In this document: positions 1 to 9,623 of the stretch, piece after piece
How the letters are laid out: every line of letters starts with the position of its first letter
How positions within the stretch are numbered: the stretch's first letter is position 1
Assembly (NCBI GenBank): GCA_038874215.1
Contig: JAVZCV010000006.1
Span: 1 to 46,697, forward strand
DNA from: Candidatus Micrarchaeia archaeon
Lineage (GTDB): Archaea; Micrarchaeota; Micrarchaeia; Burarchaeales; JAVZCV01
Length of the DNA stretch: 46,697 nt
Direction: 5' to 3'
Notes under the pieces: generated by a model
Databases searched by the model: none
What the model saw: the letters and a program-made list of their open reading frames with translations, nothing else
What the model was told of the DNA's origin: nothing
Program-made: the position numbers and the translations under genes

Positions 1-475
1 TTATGCCTACAAGTGATTGATGAATATTCGCAATTTGCGCTAAGCCAGCCAAAGGCGAAAACCCCCAACCCCATCCCCCTGGGCCAACCTGGATATAAAT
101 GCTGCTAAAAAAATCTTCCATTCCACGTACGATCATAAGTTTCTGGATAGTTTTCATTAAGCTCTGCTGCAATTCACCCAGATAGTCGTCAGCTAACTTG
201 AATGGGTCTGTACCGCTAGTACCAACCGGTGTTTTGCTGACAAGCGCGTCGGAAAGAATACCAACCAGCCCTACGAAGAATGCTATATTTACTATTATTA
301 TCAATGAAATAAGGACTTGATTGGCTTCGTATCGTGCCCACGCTTCCCATTCTGGCTTGTTAAAAAATCTTGAAAGCATGAAAACAATGGAAGCTATGAA
401 AATCATAATCAGAACTGTTATCGCAACTGACCCATACCATCCAATCATGAAGGAACTAAAAAAATCAAAAGCCAT
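1..475 (-). CDS. Multi-pass membrane protein (partial, runs off window), paralog of 475..1686
   Basis: ATG at 475 overlaps the TGA of the upstream gene (TGATG). Open to the window edge: MAFDFFSSFMIGWYGSVAITVLIMIFIASIVFMLSRFFNKPEWEAWARYEANQVLISLII...; shares the TM-'W-x-K/R-x-E'-TM pattern with its neighbour. Not in ORF track. Confidence 0.8.
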   Translation of the reverse strand, partial: MAFDFFSSFMIGWYGSVAITVLIMIFIASIVFMLSRFFNKPEWEAWARYEANQVLISLIIIVNIAFFVGLVGILSDALVSKTPVGTSGTDPFKLADDYLGELQQSLMKTIQKLMIVRGMEDFFSSIYIQVGPGGWGWGFSPLAGLAQIANIHQSLVGI

Positions 476-1686
476 CAAATCACCTTAGCCATACCAAGTA
501 TTTGCACTTCACCACCGAGTGTTGGCGAAAGGCTTCTGACAAACGTAACTACTATTATGATGTTGATTATAGGGAATGTTGCAACAAGTACAAAAAAAAC
601 TAAGCCTCTCGTAAGATACGCTATCAACTTCTCATAGATGGTAATAACATAACTAGGACCACCCCAAGCTTTTAACAAACTAACAATTTTTGTTGCTAAT
701 CCCTCGGGTTTAGCTCTTACCTGCTTCCCATATTCGTCCTCCTCGTTTCTTATACTCCTCCCTGTTTCTTGTTGCCCTCCATTCTGATTTTTGAGCACCT
801 TCTCTCTTCTCCTCTCTAATTCCTCAGCTTTCGCTTTACTATCTGCTCTAATATCATCTACTTCAGATTTTGATAATGGCAAAGTGGGGGTGTTCTCAGC
901 CTCTATGAGGGATTGTAGAATTCTTTCCCGTCCGCCCCCAGGCCTATTCCAGAAGTCCGCATACATTGCCTTTTCCATTAGGATGCAAAGCGGATATACC
1001 ACATAGAGTGCTACTGCTATGGCTATTACTGTTGAGCCGAGCCGCCTTGTTAACGCAAAAGTTCTGAGCACAACCCCAAACGGTAGAAAAAATGAAAACA
1101 TTGTTTGTGATATGAAATACAGGGCCGTTTCCTGAGCGGCATTTGCTATGTGGCCCAACATAACCGTATCAAGAACTGTTACATATGCATCAGCAACAGG
1201 TGCGAATCCCCCAAATGGCTGTATTGCTATACTAATTTGAGCGAGAGTTCCACTTAAGGGTATCGTCAATCCCGTACTTATACCCGAAAGCAGAGACGTA
1301 AAAAAGTCAACCATCATCCCAATGCAATAGAATGCGATTACATCGTCAGAAACTAATTTTAGGAACTCCATCGCTTCATATTGGTAAGCAGGCATATAGT
1401 CCCCAGTACCTGGAATGTTATGAAATCCCGAAGGTATTCCCGTTATGGCGGAAACAAGCATGTCAATAGTTGCAACAGCAAAAAATAGCATACCCACTAT
1501 AAGCGTTGATACTATGATCTCCCACATCTCATTCTTTATCCATGCATCAAGCTCGGCAGATCTCAAAACTTGGGATAGCATGTAAGCAAGGGCGAAGACA
1601 AAATACGATATCAAAAGTCCGAGTGTAGCATAGGAACCCCATGCACTCCAATGGTCTATCACAAGCTGTTCTATCGGAGTTGCCAC
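475..1686 (-). CDS. Multi-pass membrane protein, possibly CedA/VirB6-like
   Basis: 403 aa with several hydrophobic helices, motif FLPFGVVLRTFALTRRLGSTVIAIAVALYVVYP and a charged soluble loop. The family call is inference. Confidence 0.6.
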   Translation of the reverse strand: MATPIEQLVIDHWSAWGSYATLGLLISYFVFALAYMLSQVLRSAELDAWIKNEMWEIIVSTLIVGMLFFAVATIDMLVSAITGIPSGFHNIPGTGDYMPAYQYEAMEFLKLVSDDVIAFYCIGMMVDFFTSLLSGISTGLTIPLSGTLAQISIAIQPFGGFAPVADAYVTVLDTVMLGHIANAAQETALYFISQTMFSFFLPFGVVLRTFALTRRLGSTVIAIAVALYVVYPLCILMEKAMYADFWNRPGGGRERILQSLIEAENTPTLPLSKSEVDDIRADSKAKAEELERRREKVLKNQNGGQQETGRSIRNEEDEYGKQVRAKPEGLATKIVSLLKAWGGPSYVITIYEKLIAYLTRGLVFFVLVATFPIINIIIVVTFVRSLSPTLGGEVQILGMAKVI

Positions 1687-1782
1687 ATACTCACCATAGA
1701 GTGCGCGAAGATAACATTATTTCATATCTTCTTCCCCCATCTATTTAAATTTGTTAGAGATACTCTTCTTTACGGTGATTGG

Positions 1783-4572
1783 GTGAATGCAGAAATAGAG
1801 CGGAAATGGCAGGAAAGGTGGCAACGCGCAGGAGTTTTTGAATCAAATCCAAAAGAAATAAAAAAATTCTATCTCACGGCTGCTTTCCCCTACCCGAATT
1901 CCCCACAGCATATAGGCCATGCAAGGACGTATACGACAACAGATGTTTATGCGAGGTACATGCGGCTTAAAGGCTTCAATGTTCTTTTTCCAATGGCATT
2001 TCACGTTACGGGCACCCCGATACTCGCAATGGCAAAGAGGATAGCGGCGAAGGATAGCGAAATTCTTGATGTGTTTGAGCAGATATACAAAATACCACGC
2101 TCGGTGGCAGAGAGCCTAAAGGATCCTGTTGAGCTCGTCATGTTTTTCAGCAGGGAGATTGAGGCGGGAATGAAAGAAATGGGCTTTTCAATAGACTGGC
2201 GGAGAAAATTCTACACTTTTGACAAGCCCTTCAACGCTTTTATCCAGTGGCAGTTCAGAAAACTGTACGAGAAAAAACTCTTAAAGAAAGGTGCTCACCC
2301 CGTGCCATGGTGTCCATCATGTAAAAACGCGATAGGAGCGCACGATACAAAAGGAGATGTTGATCCCGAAATAGGCGAGTATGTGCTGATAAAATTCGCC
2401 TATAAAGACGGATACCTACTCGCAGCAACATTCAGACCAGAAACAGTATATGGCGTTACAAACATGTGGCTAAATCCTAATGCAACATATGTTAGGTTCC
2501 GCTCAAAAAACGGCGAGATATATTTCATATCAAAAGAAGCGGCAGGAAAGTTCGCTCTTCAGGGAAAAGATGGGGAAGTTCTTGAAGAGCTATCTGGCGC
2601 CGTTTTCATAGGAGGTGAATGCACCAACCCCATAACGGGTGAAACTGTAAGGATACTCCCAGCGACTTTTGTTGAACCGAAAAACGGCACCGGCGTTGTA
2701 ATGTCTGTTCCAGCCCATGCACCGTATGACTATATAGCGCTTAGAGACCTGAAAGGCACGGAATACGAATATAAGGGCGAATTCAAGCAGGTTCTCCGAA
2801 TAGATGGTTATGGTAATTTTCCTGCTATGGAGATAGTTGAAAAAATGGGCATAAAGAACCAAAACGACGAACTTCTTGAAAACGCCACATCCGAAATCTA
2901 CTCAAAAGAGGCGCACACTGGGGTCATGGTTGTAGGAGAATATGCAGGAGAACGGGTTAGTATAGCGAAAGAAAAAATAAAGGAGGATATGCTGGCATCA
3001 AACAAAGCTTTGACGATGCACGAGATAGTGAACGGCCCTGTTTTCTGCAGATGCGGTACTCTTGGTGCAGTCAAACTCGTGACAGACCAGTGGTTCATAG
3101 ACTATGGAAATGAAGAATGGAAGGAGCTTGCAAGGGAATGTCTCTCCTTAATGCGCATCATCCCATCGCAAACACGCCAGGAATACGAATACACTATTGG
3201 TTGGTTGCGTGAGAAGGCATGCACGCGTGCATCAGGTCTCGGTACCCGTTTCCCATTTGATGAGAAACAAGTCATAGAATCCCTTTCTGACTCCACGATA
3301 TACATGGCATTCTACACCATAGCGCACTACATAAGAGAACTGAAAGAAAGCGAGCTTTGCGATGAGCTCTTTGATTATGTCTTCCTAGGTATTGAGACTG
3401 AAAAAGCGAACAGCAAAAATCCAACATACAAGAAAATGCGCGACGAATTCCTCTACTGGTATCCCCACGATTCGCGCCACTCTGGCGCAGACCTCGTGCA
3501 CAACCACCTCACCTTCTTCATTTTCAACCACTGCGCAATATTTCCCCGTGAGCTTTGGCCAAGAGGCATAGTCACAAACGGCTTTGTTCTGATGGAAGGA
3601 AAGAAGATGAGCAAGAGCATGGGGAACATACTCCCGCTTCGTGAGGCTATAAAAAAATATGGAGCTGACGTTGTCCGCTTCTCGGTGGTTTCTGGCGCAG
3701 ACCTTGCAGTTGATGCCGATTTCAACCAGACGATGGCAGACGGTATAGCAAACAGGCTACGCTTTATACTTTCGCTTCTTGAAAGCCAGAACGAGAATGT
3801 TGGCGGCAGGCCGATAGATGTTTGGTTTATCTCCCGAATGAACAGGAGAATAGCGCTCGTGGATGAGCATCTTTCAGCCCTTAGGCTCCGTGATGCCGCC
3901 CAAGAAGTCTTTTACAATACAGTGAATGAATTACGCTGGTACCTCCGCCGTGCGAAGCCGAGCGAAAGAGTAATGCGCGAGTTTTTTGAAAAGTGGTCAA
4001 TAATGATTTCGCCATTCATGCCACATATCGCAGAGGAAATATGGGAAAAGCTTGGAAAGAAAGAGTTCGTTGAGAACGCTACCTTTGTTTCAATTTCAAA
4101 TTTCCCTGTTGCGGATGAAAAAAAGATAAACGAGCGCGTTGAGTTTGGCGAGAAAATCATAGAACAGACGCGTGGCGACATAGAAACGATAATCTCACTA
4201 ATAGGGAAAAAGAAAAGGATTCGCATTTTCGTTGCAAGCGAGTGGAAGCGAATTTTATACGCAATAGCCTACGAGGAGAAATCCTTTGAAAAAGCCATGA
4301 AGAAGGCGATGTCGCTGCCAGAGATAAAAGCGCACGGAAAAGAAGCGCAAAAAGTTCTAATGCACTTCATAAAAAACATAAACGAGCTCTCGCCACTGCT
4401 TCTTAGTGAAAGCGAAGAACTAAGCTTCCTTTCTGATGCCATTGGTTTCTTTGAAAAGGAATTCGGCACGGAGATTAGCGTTGAAAAGGAAGATGATGCC
4501 ATAGGAAACGATTTTGTTGTTAAAAAGGCGTCGCAGGCACTTCCGCACAAGCCCGCAATACTGCTAGAATAA
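1783..4572 (+). CDS. leuS: Leucine--tRNA ligase (archaeal type)
   Basis: AFPYPN..HIGH and KMSKS motifs, CP1 editing motif GTGVVMSVPAHAPYD. GTG start at 1783 after a GGTGA RBS is preferred over 1651. Confidence 0.97.
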   Translation: MNAEIERKWQERWQRAGVFESNPKEIKKFYLTAAFPYPNSPQHIGHARTYTTTDVYARYMRLKGFNVLFPMAFHVTGTPILAMAKRIAAKDSEILDVFEQIYKIPRSVAESLKDPVELVMFFSREIEAGMKEMGFSIDWRRKFYTFDKPFNAFIQWQFRKLYEKKLLKKGAHPVPWCPSCKNAIGAHDTKGDVDPEIGEYVLIKFAYKDGYLLAATFRPETVYGVTNMWLNPNATYVRFRSKNGEIYFISKEAAGKFALQGKDGEVLEELSGAVFIGGECTNPITGETVRILPATFVEPKNGTGVVMSVPAHAPYDYIALRDLKGTEYEYKGEFKQVLRIDGYGNFPAMEIVEKMGIKNQNDELLENATSEIYSKEAHTGVMVVGEYAGERVSIAKEKIKEDMLASNKALTMHEIVNGPVFCRCGTLGAVKLVTDQWFIDYGNEEWKELARECLSLMRIIPSQTRQEYEYTIGWLREKACTRASGLGTRFPFDEKQVIESLSDSTIYMAFYTIAHYIRELKESELCDELFDYVFLGIETEKANSKNPTYKKMRDEFLYWYPHDSRHSGADLVHNHLTFFIFNHCAIFPRELWPRGIVTNGFVLMEGKKMSKSMGNILPLREAIKKYGADVVRFSVVSGADLAVDADFNQTMADGIANRLRFILSLLESQNENVGGRPIDVWFISRMNRRIALVDEHLSALRLRDAAQEVFYNTVNELRWYLRRAKPSERVMREFFEKWSIMISPFMPHIAEEIWEKLGKKEFVENATFVSISNFPVADEKKINERVEFGEKIIEQTRGDIETIISLIGKKKRIRIFVASEWKRILYAIAYEEKSFEKAMKKAMSLPEIKAHGKEAQKVLMHFIKNINELSPLLLSESEELSFLSDAIGFFEKEFGTEISVEKEDDAIGNDFVVKKASQALPHKPAILLE

Positions 4573-5148
4573 TCATCTTCTGAAAAACCTGCCTATAAAA
4601 TCCAAAATTCCTTTTTTCACACTATCAAGTCTATCCTCCGTCGATGTTATAGCGTTCCTATACCCAGCAATCCTGTGGGGCGTCTCCATTAATTCGGCTT
4701 TGCCAAAATGCTCTGATGCATCCTTCGCATCGTCCCAATGCCGTTTAATATCTTTCGTCTCTGTAGAATTTTGCTCAGAAGTTGTACCGCCTGTTCCATG
4801 CAGCTCCCTAGCGACTTCTGATTCATAAACTCTCTTTTCCCCAACCCGCTCTCTCTCAATAGCTATCTCTGTTTCTTTTCTGGCAGCTTCCCTCCTTTCA
4901 ATGTCCTTCCTTATTCTTTCCTTCATCCATTCCTCCTCTTCTTGAAGTTCGTTAAAACAATATATGCAATACATTCTCGTATGCAAGTACCTAACTTCGT
5001 GCCGTGGTATTCTGAAGCCGCACCTCTGGCACGGCACTATGTCCTCTGCCTCATCATGATGTGCTGAATAACAGCCCGTGCAGATGGGCATTCCTGATAG
5101 ATAATGAGGCTCATGCTTTATCTCTGCACCACAGAGAGCGCATCTCAA
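4573..5148 (-). CDS. Hypothetical protein with N-terminal double zinc finger (4 CxxC) and charged coiled coil
   Basis: CALC..CTGC..CQRC..CIYC followed by an E/R-rich helix. TTG start preceded by GGTG. Confidence 0.7.
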   Translation of the reverse strand: MRCALCGAEIKHEPHYLSGMPICTGCYSAHHDEAEDIVPCQRCGFRIPRHEVRYLHTRMYCIYCFNELQEEEEWMKERIRKDIERREAARKETEIAIERERVGEKRVYESEVARELHGTGGTTSEQNSTETKDIKRHWDDAKDASEHFGKAELMETPHRIAGYRNAITSTEDRLDSVKKGILDFIGRFFRR

Positions 5149-5207
5149 ACAAACACCTGTGAACTACCCTTGCTTAATATAATTTCTCTTATATTCTATA
5201 TATTCAT

Positions 5208-6227
5208 ATGCCAATCTGTGCAAAAGTGCGAAAAGTTGATGCAGAGCGTGTAAGAAGAGAGCTCATCGGAATATCTGCGTTAGACTTCTCCTACTCGCCA
5301 GACAGAAATGGCGAATATGTTTATTTTCCGCTCAAGCGCGAAATAGTCGGATACAAAACAGTTGAGCGGGAGCTCAAAAAACGCGAAATCCCTGCTCATT
5401 CTCTGCATGATTACCTACGTGTTTTTCTGAATGAAGAAGAGCTTTCTTTAGTTTCCAAGTCATTTGACATTATAGGGGATATAGCAGTCATAGAAATAGA
5501 TGATGCGCTCGGAGAAAAAAAGAGAATCGTTGCCGATGCGCTGATGCGGATGCACAGAAACATACGGGTTGTCGCAAGAAAAACAGGTCCGATGGGGGGC
5601 ATTTTCCGCACGCGTCCGCTTGAGATAATAGCGGGAGAGAATAGAACGGAGACTCTGCACAGGGAGAATGGATGCGTCTTCAAACTTGATGTTGCAAGCG
5701 CATACTTTTCACCAAGGCTCTCACACGAGCGCGAGCGCATCGCCTCGCTCGTTGGCGAAAACGAAAAAGTATTCGCGCTGTTTGCGGGCGTAGGGCCCTA
5801 TCCAATACTAATTGCGAAAAGACAACCAAAGACGAAGATATATGCTATTGAGCTAAACCCGCATGCCTTCCGCTATCTTGAGCAGAACATACGGCTAAAC
5901 GGGGTAGGTGCAAACGTTATTCCCCTCCTCGGAGATGTTGGAGAAGTTCTTCCGAAAATAAAGGAAAAACCCGACCGTGTCCTTATGCCTCTGCCGAAAG
6001 GTGCTGAAAACTTTTTGGGTGCGGTTCTCAGATGCGCTAAAGAGGGGACTGTAATTCACTTCTATACCTTCTCAGGCAGCGAAGAACTTTTTGAAAAGCC
6101 GCTTTCACTCGTAAAAAGCACCGCAACCAAGATGGGTTGGAACGTTGAGATTCTATATAAAAAAATCGTCCGCCCGTATGCGCCGCATGTTTTTCAGGTT
6201 GTTTTGGACTTTAGAGTTTTTCGCTGA
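5208..6227 (+). CDS. trm5: tRNA (guanine37-N1)-methyltransferase, Trm5/Met10+ family
   Basis: SFDIIGDIA, YFSPRL..ER, FAGVGP SAM motif, ELNP, MPLP. Confidence 0.9.
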   Translation: MPICAKVRKVDAERVRRELIGISALDFSYSPDRNGEYVYFPLKREIVGYKTVERELKKREIPAHSLHDYLRVFLNEEELSLVSKSFDIIGDIAVIEIDDALGEKKRIVADALMRMHRNIRVVARKTGPMGGIFRTRPLEIIAGENRTETLHRENGCVFKLDVASAYFSPRLSHERERIASLVGENEKVFALFAGVGPYPILIAKRQPKTKIYAIELNPHAFRYLEQNIRLNGVGANVIPLLGDVGEVLPKIKEKPDRVLMPLPKGAENFLGAVLRCAKEGTVIHFYTFSGSEELFEKPLSLVKSTATKMGWNVEILYKKIVRPYAPHVFQVVLDFRVFR

Positions 6228-6267
6228 TGCGAAAGTGTTATATTCGTGTAAATAGACAAGTGTAGCG

Positions 6268-6999
6268 ATGGAAACAGGAATAGAATTAGAGAACATAGTA
6301 GCGCAACCGACGTGGAAAGAAGTACTCATAGACCTCGTTTATTCTGAAAAGCTTGACCCTTGGAATATAGACATAGTTGAGATAACAGAGCGCTACATAG
6401 AGAAAATAAGCAAAATGCAAACTCTTGACCTCCGCATACCCGCAAACCTCGTTCTCGCTGCGTCAATACTCCTTCGCTTCAAGAGCGATGCCCTGAAACT
6501 TGAGGAAGAGGAGCAGGTTGTAGAAGAAGAGACATATATAGAAATGGATAAACCCCCGATTGAGGTCCCAATTCTCTCCATAAAAACCAGAATACCGCCA
6601 AGAAGGAGGCTGACGCTCGCCGAACTTGTGATGGCGCTTGACGAAGTATTCCAGACTATGAAAAAGCGCATGGAAGAGCGCGTTATACCAGAAGTTAACC
6701 TGCCGCCGATGCAGTTCAAATTGCCAGAATATGACATAGAGGAAAAAATGAAGGAGATTCTGGAGAAATCAAAATCTCTTGCTGACACCGAGGGGCTCCT
6801 TACCTTCTCCTCATTACTGAAAGAAAAAACTGCAAGCGAGATAATACTCACGCTTCTGCCAGTTTTGCATCTAGCACAGAAACGGCTGATTTCAATAACG
6901 CAGGAGGAATTTTACGGAGAAATCTTCATATTGCTAAATAAGGAAGAAATAAAAAAGCATGAAGAAAAAATAGGAAAGAAGAAGGGCTTGGCGGCATAG
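6268..6999 (+). CDS. scpA: Segregation and condensation protein A (kleisin)
   Basis: LDPWNIDIVEIT, ASILLRFKS, C-terminal winged helix ITQEEFYGEI. Confidence 0.92.
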   Translation: METGIELENIVAQPTWKEVLIDLVYSEKLDPWNIDIVEITERYIEKISKMQTLDLRIPANLVLAASILLRFKSDALKLEEEEQVVEEETYIEMDKPPIEVPILSIKTRIPPRRRLTLAELVMALDEVFQTMKKRMEERVIPEVNLPPMQFKLPEYDIEEKMKEILEKSKSLADTEGLLTFSSLLKEKTASEIILTLLPVLHLAQKRLISITQEEFYGEIFILLNKEEIKKHEEKIGKKKGLAA

Positions 7000-7007
7000 G
7001 GGATCAT

Positions 7008-7628
7008 ATGTCCGAAGAGCAAAAAAACGCTCTTACCAACGACATAAACAGGCAGAATACAGAAGCCAAAGCAACCGTTCAGACTGCCCCGCAATTCTCC
7101 ATAGATAATGAGGGGAAAATAGGAAGCCTATCGCGTGAGGAAATGGAGGCGCGCGCAAGAAAGGAAGAAGAAGGGGAGTTACCCCCAAAGAATCTCATAG
7201 AAGCAGCGCTTTTCATGAGCTCAAAGGCTCTATCAATAGAAGATTTCTCAAAGCTGACGGGAGTGCAGGCGCCAGGGTACATAAAACAACTGGTAACAAC
7301 ACTTATGGGGGAATACGATGCACGAAACAGCCCGATAGTAATAGCAGAAGAAGACGGAAAATATATAATGCGCCTTCGTGCGCCTTATATCCGCAGAGTT
7401 GGGGATTTTGCGCAGGAAGCAGAGCTTTCAAAAGGCGCCCTGCGCCTTCTCGCATACATCTCCCAGAACGAAGGCATATCCCAATCGCAGGTTGTTAAAA
7501 CTCTCGGAACCATTGTATATCAATATAAAAAAGAACTCCTCGACAACGGCTTCATAACCGCCGAAAAAAAAGGTAGGACGCAACTACTCCGAACAACAAA
7601 AAAATTCCGAGACTACTTCGGCATCTAA
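7008..7628 (+). CDS. scpB: Segregation and condensation protein B
   Basis: IEAALFMS, ELSKGALRLLAYI, GRT..L.TTKKFRDYFG; directly follows scpA. Confidence 0.92.
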   Translation: MSEEQKNALTNDINRQNTEAKATVQTAPQFSIDNEGKIGSLSREEMEARARKEEEGELPPKNLIEAALFMSSKALSIEDFSKLTGVQAPGYIKQLVTTLMGEYDARNSPIVIAEEDGKYIMRLRAPYIRRVGDFAQEAELSKGALRLLAYISQNEGISQSQVVKTLGTIVYQYKKELLDNGFITAEKKGRTQLLRTTKKFRDYFGI

Positions 7629-7732
7629 ACATCCCAATATAAAAAAGAACTCCTCGACAACGGCTTCATAACCGCCGAAAAAAAAGGTAGGACGCAACTA
7701 CTCCGAACAACAAAAAAATTCCGAGACTACTT
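7521..7732 (+). repeat. Exact 98-bp direct repeat of the scpB 3' end (7521-7618 and 7635-7732)
   Basis: caatataaaaaagaactcc...ccgagactactt occurs twice, offset 114 bp, identical by inspection. Confidence 0.95.
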
Positions 7733-7743
7733 TGATGCCTTTA

Positions 7744-9441
7744 TCATTCTCCGTTCATTTCGTTGTCCGTCCCGCTTGTTGCGACCAGGTCCTCAATAGA
7801 TTCTTTAAGCGCCACATACTTTTTATTGAACTCTTCTTCTCCTGCTTTTATTCCCTCTATTTTTTGTTTTATTAACTCCATTTTTTTAGTGCCATCTTTA
7901 CTACCTGCTATATCCTCTCGTACTTCTACTAAAACCCTCTCTACTTGCTTGACTATCATCTTGCGTTCCTCTTGCATTCGTGATATGCCCTCTTCTATCT
8001 TTTCCTTCTTTTTTAGCAACGCCTCAAAACTCTTTACTACGCCCTTTATCTCCTCAAGCTCCCTACCCAAATTTCTTCTGCTCTCCTCCATTTCAAGTCT
8101 TGTAAAATTCTCAGCCTTCTCTAAGTTTGCGAGTTCCTGTTCATATTTTCTCTTTGTATCTGAAATAAATGCTTCATATCTTCGAATAAGTGCAGTGCCA
8201 TTATCTTTAAACCCATTAAGTAATCTGTATTCCATCTCTTGTTCTTCTATATCCTTTATCATATCTCTGACGCGTCCAAGTAGAATTTTATTTCCCTTAT
8301 AAACTTCATTTACTGTCTCCCAAAGTTTTCCCGTGTCTTCTCTAATGCTCTTGATCTCGTCTCTTACGCCTATAATTTTCGCATAGACGTCCTCCTGGTC
8401 TACTAATGATTCTTTCACCCTATTATAACTTTCAGTGATTTCACTAAGCATTTTTTCAATTTCCACTTTCATTTTTTTTGTCTGCTCCACCTCATTTTCA
8501 ATAAGGCTTGTTGTCGCCCTAATGCGCCCTATTTCTCCCACCAGCGCATCATACTCCCTAATTTTTTTCTTAATCCCCGCTTCTTTATCGTAAATTTCAG
8601 CCTCAATCTTCTCGGCATGCTTTCTCATTTCCGGAAGTTTTTTTACTTCGGATTCTAATGCTTTCAACCTTGTACCAACTCTCTCAGCAATTTCCAAAGT
8701 TTCTAAAAGCCTCCCCTCACCAACTTCTATCTTTCCTACTATGGTCCCTACCTTCCGATTCATCTTCTCAAGCATCGCAAGGCGTTCAGCGTAAATTCTT
8801 TCATTCTCTTTTTCAAGTTCTTTAATAGCATCCATTCTACGTCTCATTCTCTCTAGTCTTGGGTCAATCATCCTTGTGATTTTATCAAAATCCTGTTGCA
8901 TACCGATAAGTTCCTTCTCTTTAGAGCTCATCCTCTCAAACATAGAGCTGATTTCCCTGTTCAATATCTCTCTTTTTTCCCTTGCTTCACCAACACCCAC
9001 TACCTTCTCGCTGCCTTTCCCCATCCAAACAAGGTAGAGCTTTGTCAATTGATACTCTATCTTTATCTTTCCTTCCTTCTCAAGTAGACGAGCCCATTCT
9101 TCAAGAGTAATGGGTGAAATTTCAAGTTCTCCCGCCGCTTCCTCAACCTCAACTCGCCCCCTCTTTTGGATTAGCTGGATTAGCGCGTCAATAGCGGTGC
9201 TTATTAATACTTTTCCAAAATGTCCTGACTCCGTTTGTTGATTCTCTTCAGGGGTTTTCAAAACTATCGCACCTTCCCCAAGCCCTGGTACAATTTCACC
9301 AACATTTTTTTCAATAAAAGCCTGCCCCACAGTCCCATCCTTTGCTCTCAGTGATTTCTTCATAGGTGAGCTCAGCGCGACGCTCGTGACTTCAAATGTA
9401 CTTCCTTCCCATGTATTTTTTTCCTTTTTTTCTTCCAACAC
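7744..9441 (-). CDS. Winged-HTH plus long coiled-coil protein
   Basis: IDALIQLIQKRGRVEVEEAAGELEISPITLEEWARLLEKEGKIKIEY (wHTH-like) followed by about 400 aa of E/K-rich heptads. No Walker A motif. Confidence 0.75.
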   Translation of the reverse strand: MLEEKKEKNTWEGSTFEVTSVALSSPMKKSLRAKDGTVGQAFIEKNVGEIVPGLGEGAIVLKTPEENQQTESGHFGKVLISTAIDALIQLIQKRGRVEVEEAAGELEISPITLEEWARLLEKEGKIKIEYQLTKLYLVWMGKGSEKVVGVGEAREKREILNREISSMFERMSSKEKELIGMQQDFDKITRMIDPRLERMRRRMDAIKELEKENERIYAERLAMLEKMNRKVGTIVGKIEVGEGRLLETLEIAERVGTRLKALESEVKKLPEMRKHAEKIEAEIYDKEAGIKKKIREYDALVGEIGRIRATTSLIENEVEQTKKMKVEIEKMLSEITESYNRVKESLVDQEDVYAKIIGVRDEIKSIREDTGKLWETVNEVYKGNKILLGRVRDMIKDIEEQEMEYRLLNGFKDNGTALIRRYEAFISDTKRKYEQELANLEKAENFTRLEMEESRRNLGRELEEIKGVVKSFEALLKKKEKIEEGISRMQEERKMIVKQVERVLVEVREDIAGSKDGTKKMELIKQKIEGIKAGEEEFNKKYVALKESIEDLVATSGTDNEMNGE

Positions 9442-9584
9442 ACCACCTCAATTAGAATCGGGGGGAATCATTAGAATCCATCATTCGCTTCTCCACCCCA
9501 AATAAGTATGTATTACTTATGCCGCCCTCCATTTATATTACTTCCTAATTTTGTGGCTTGCAGAAGCCGTCCTATAAAGAAATA

Positions 9585-9600
9585 GGAAAATATATAAATT
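9585..9600 (+). promoter_or_regulatory. BRE/TATA promoter of the ribosomal superoperon
   Basis: ggaaaa-tatataaatt about 110 nt upstream of rpl3. Confidence 0.6.
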
Positions 9601-9623
9601 CTCCCCGTCATATCTATCCCACC

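Noticed and set aside
1651-1782. N-terminal extension of LeuRS in the ORF track
   Set aside because: It overlaps the divergent gene and promoter region; GTG at 1783 with a GGTGA RBS matches the normal LeuRS start.
7521-7732. CRISPR array
   Set aside because: Only two 98-bp copies of coding sequence; no repeat-spacer periodicity and no cas genes.
7744-9441. SMC or Rad50 ATPase
   Set aside because: No Walker A/B, signature motif, hinge or zinc hook.
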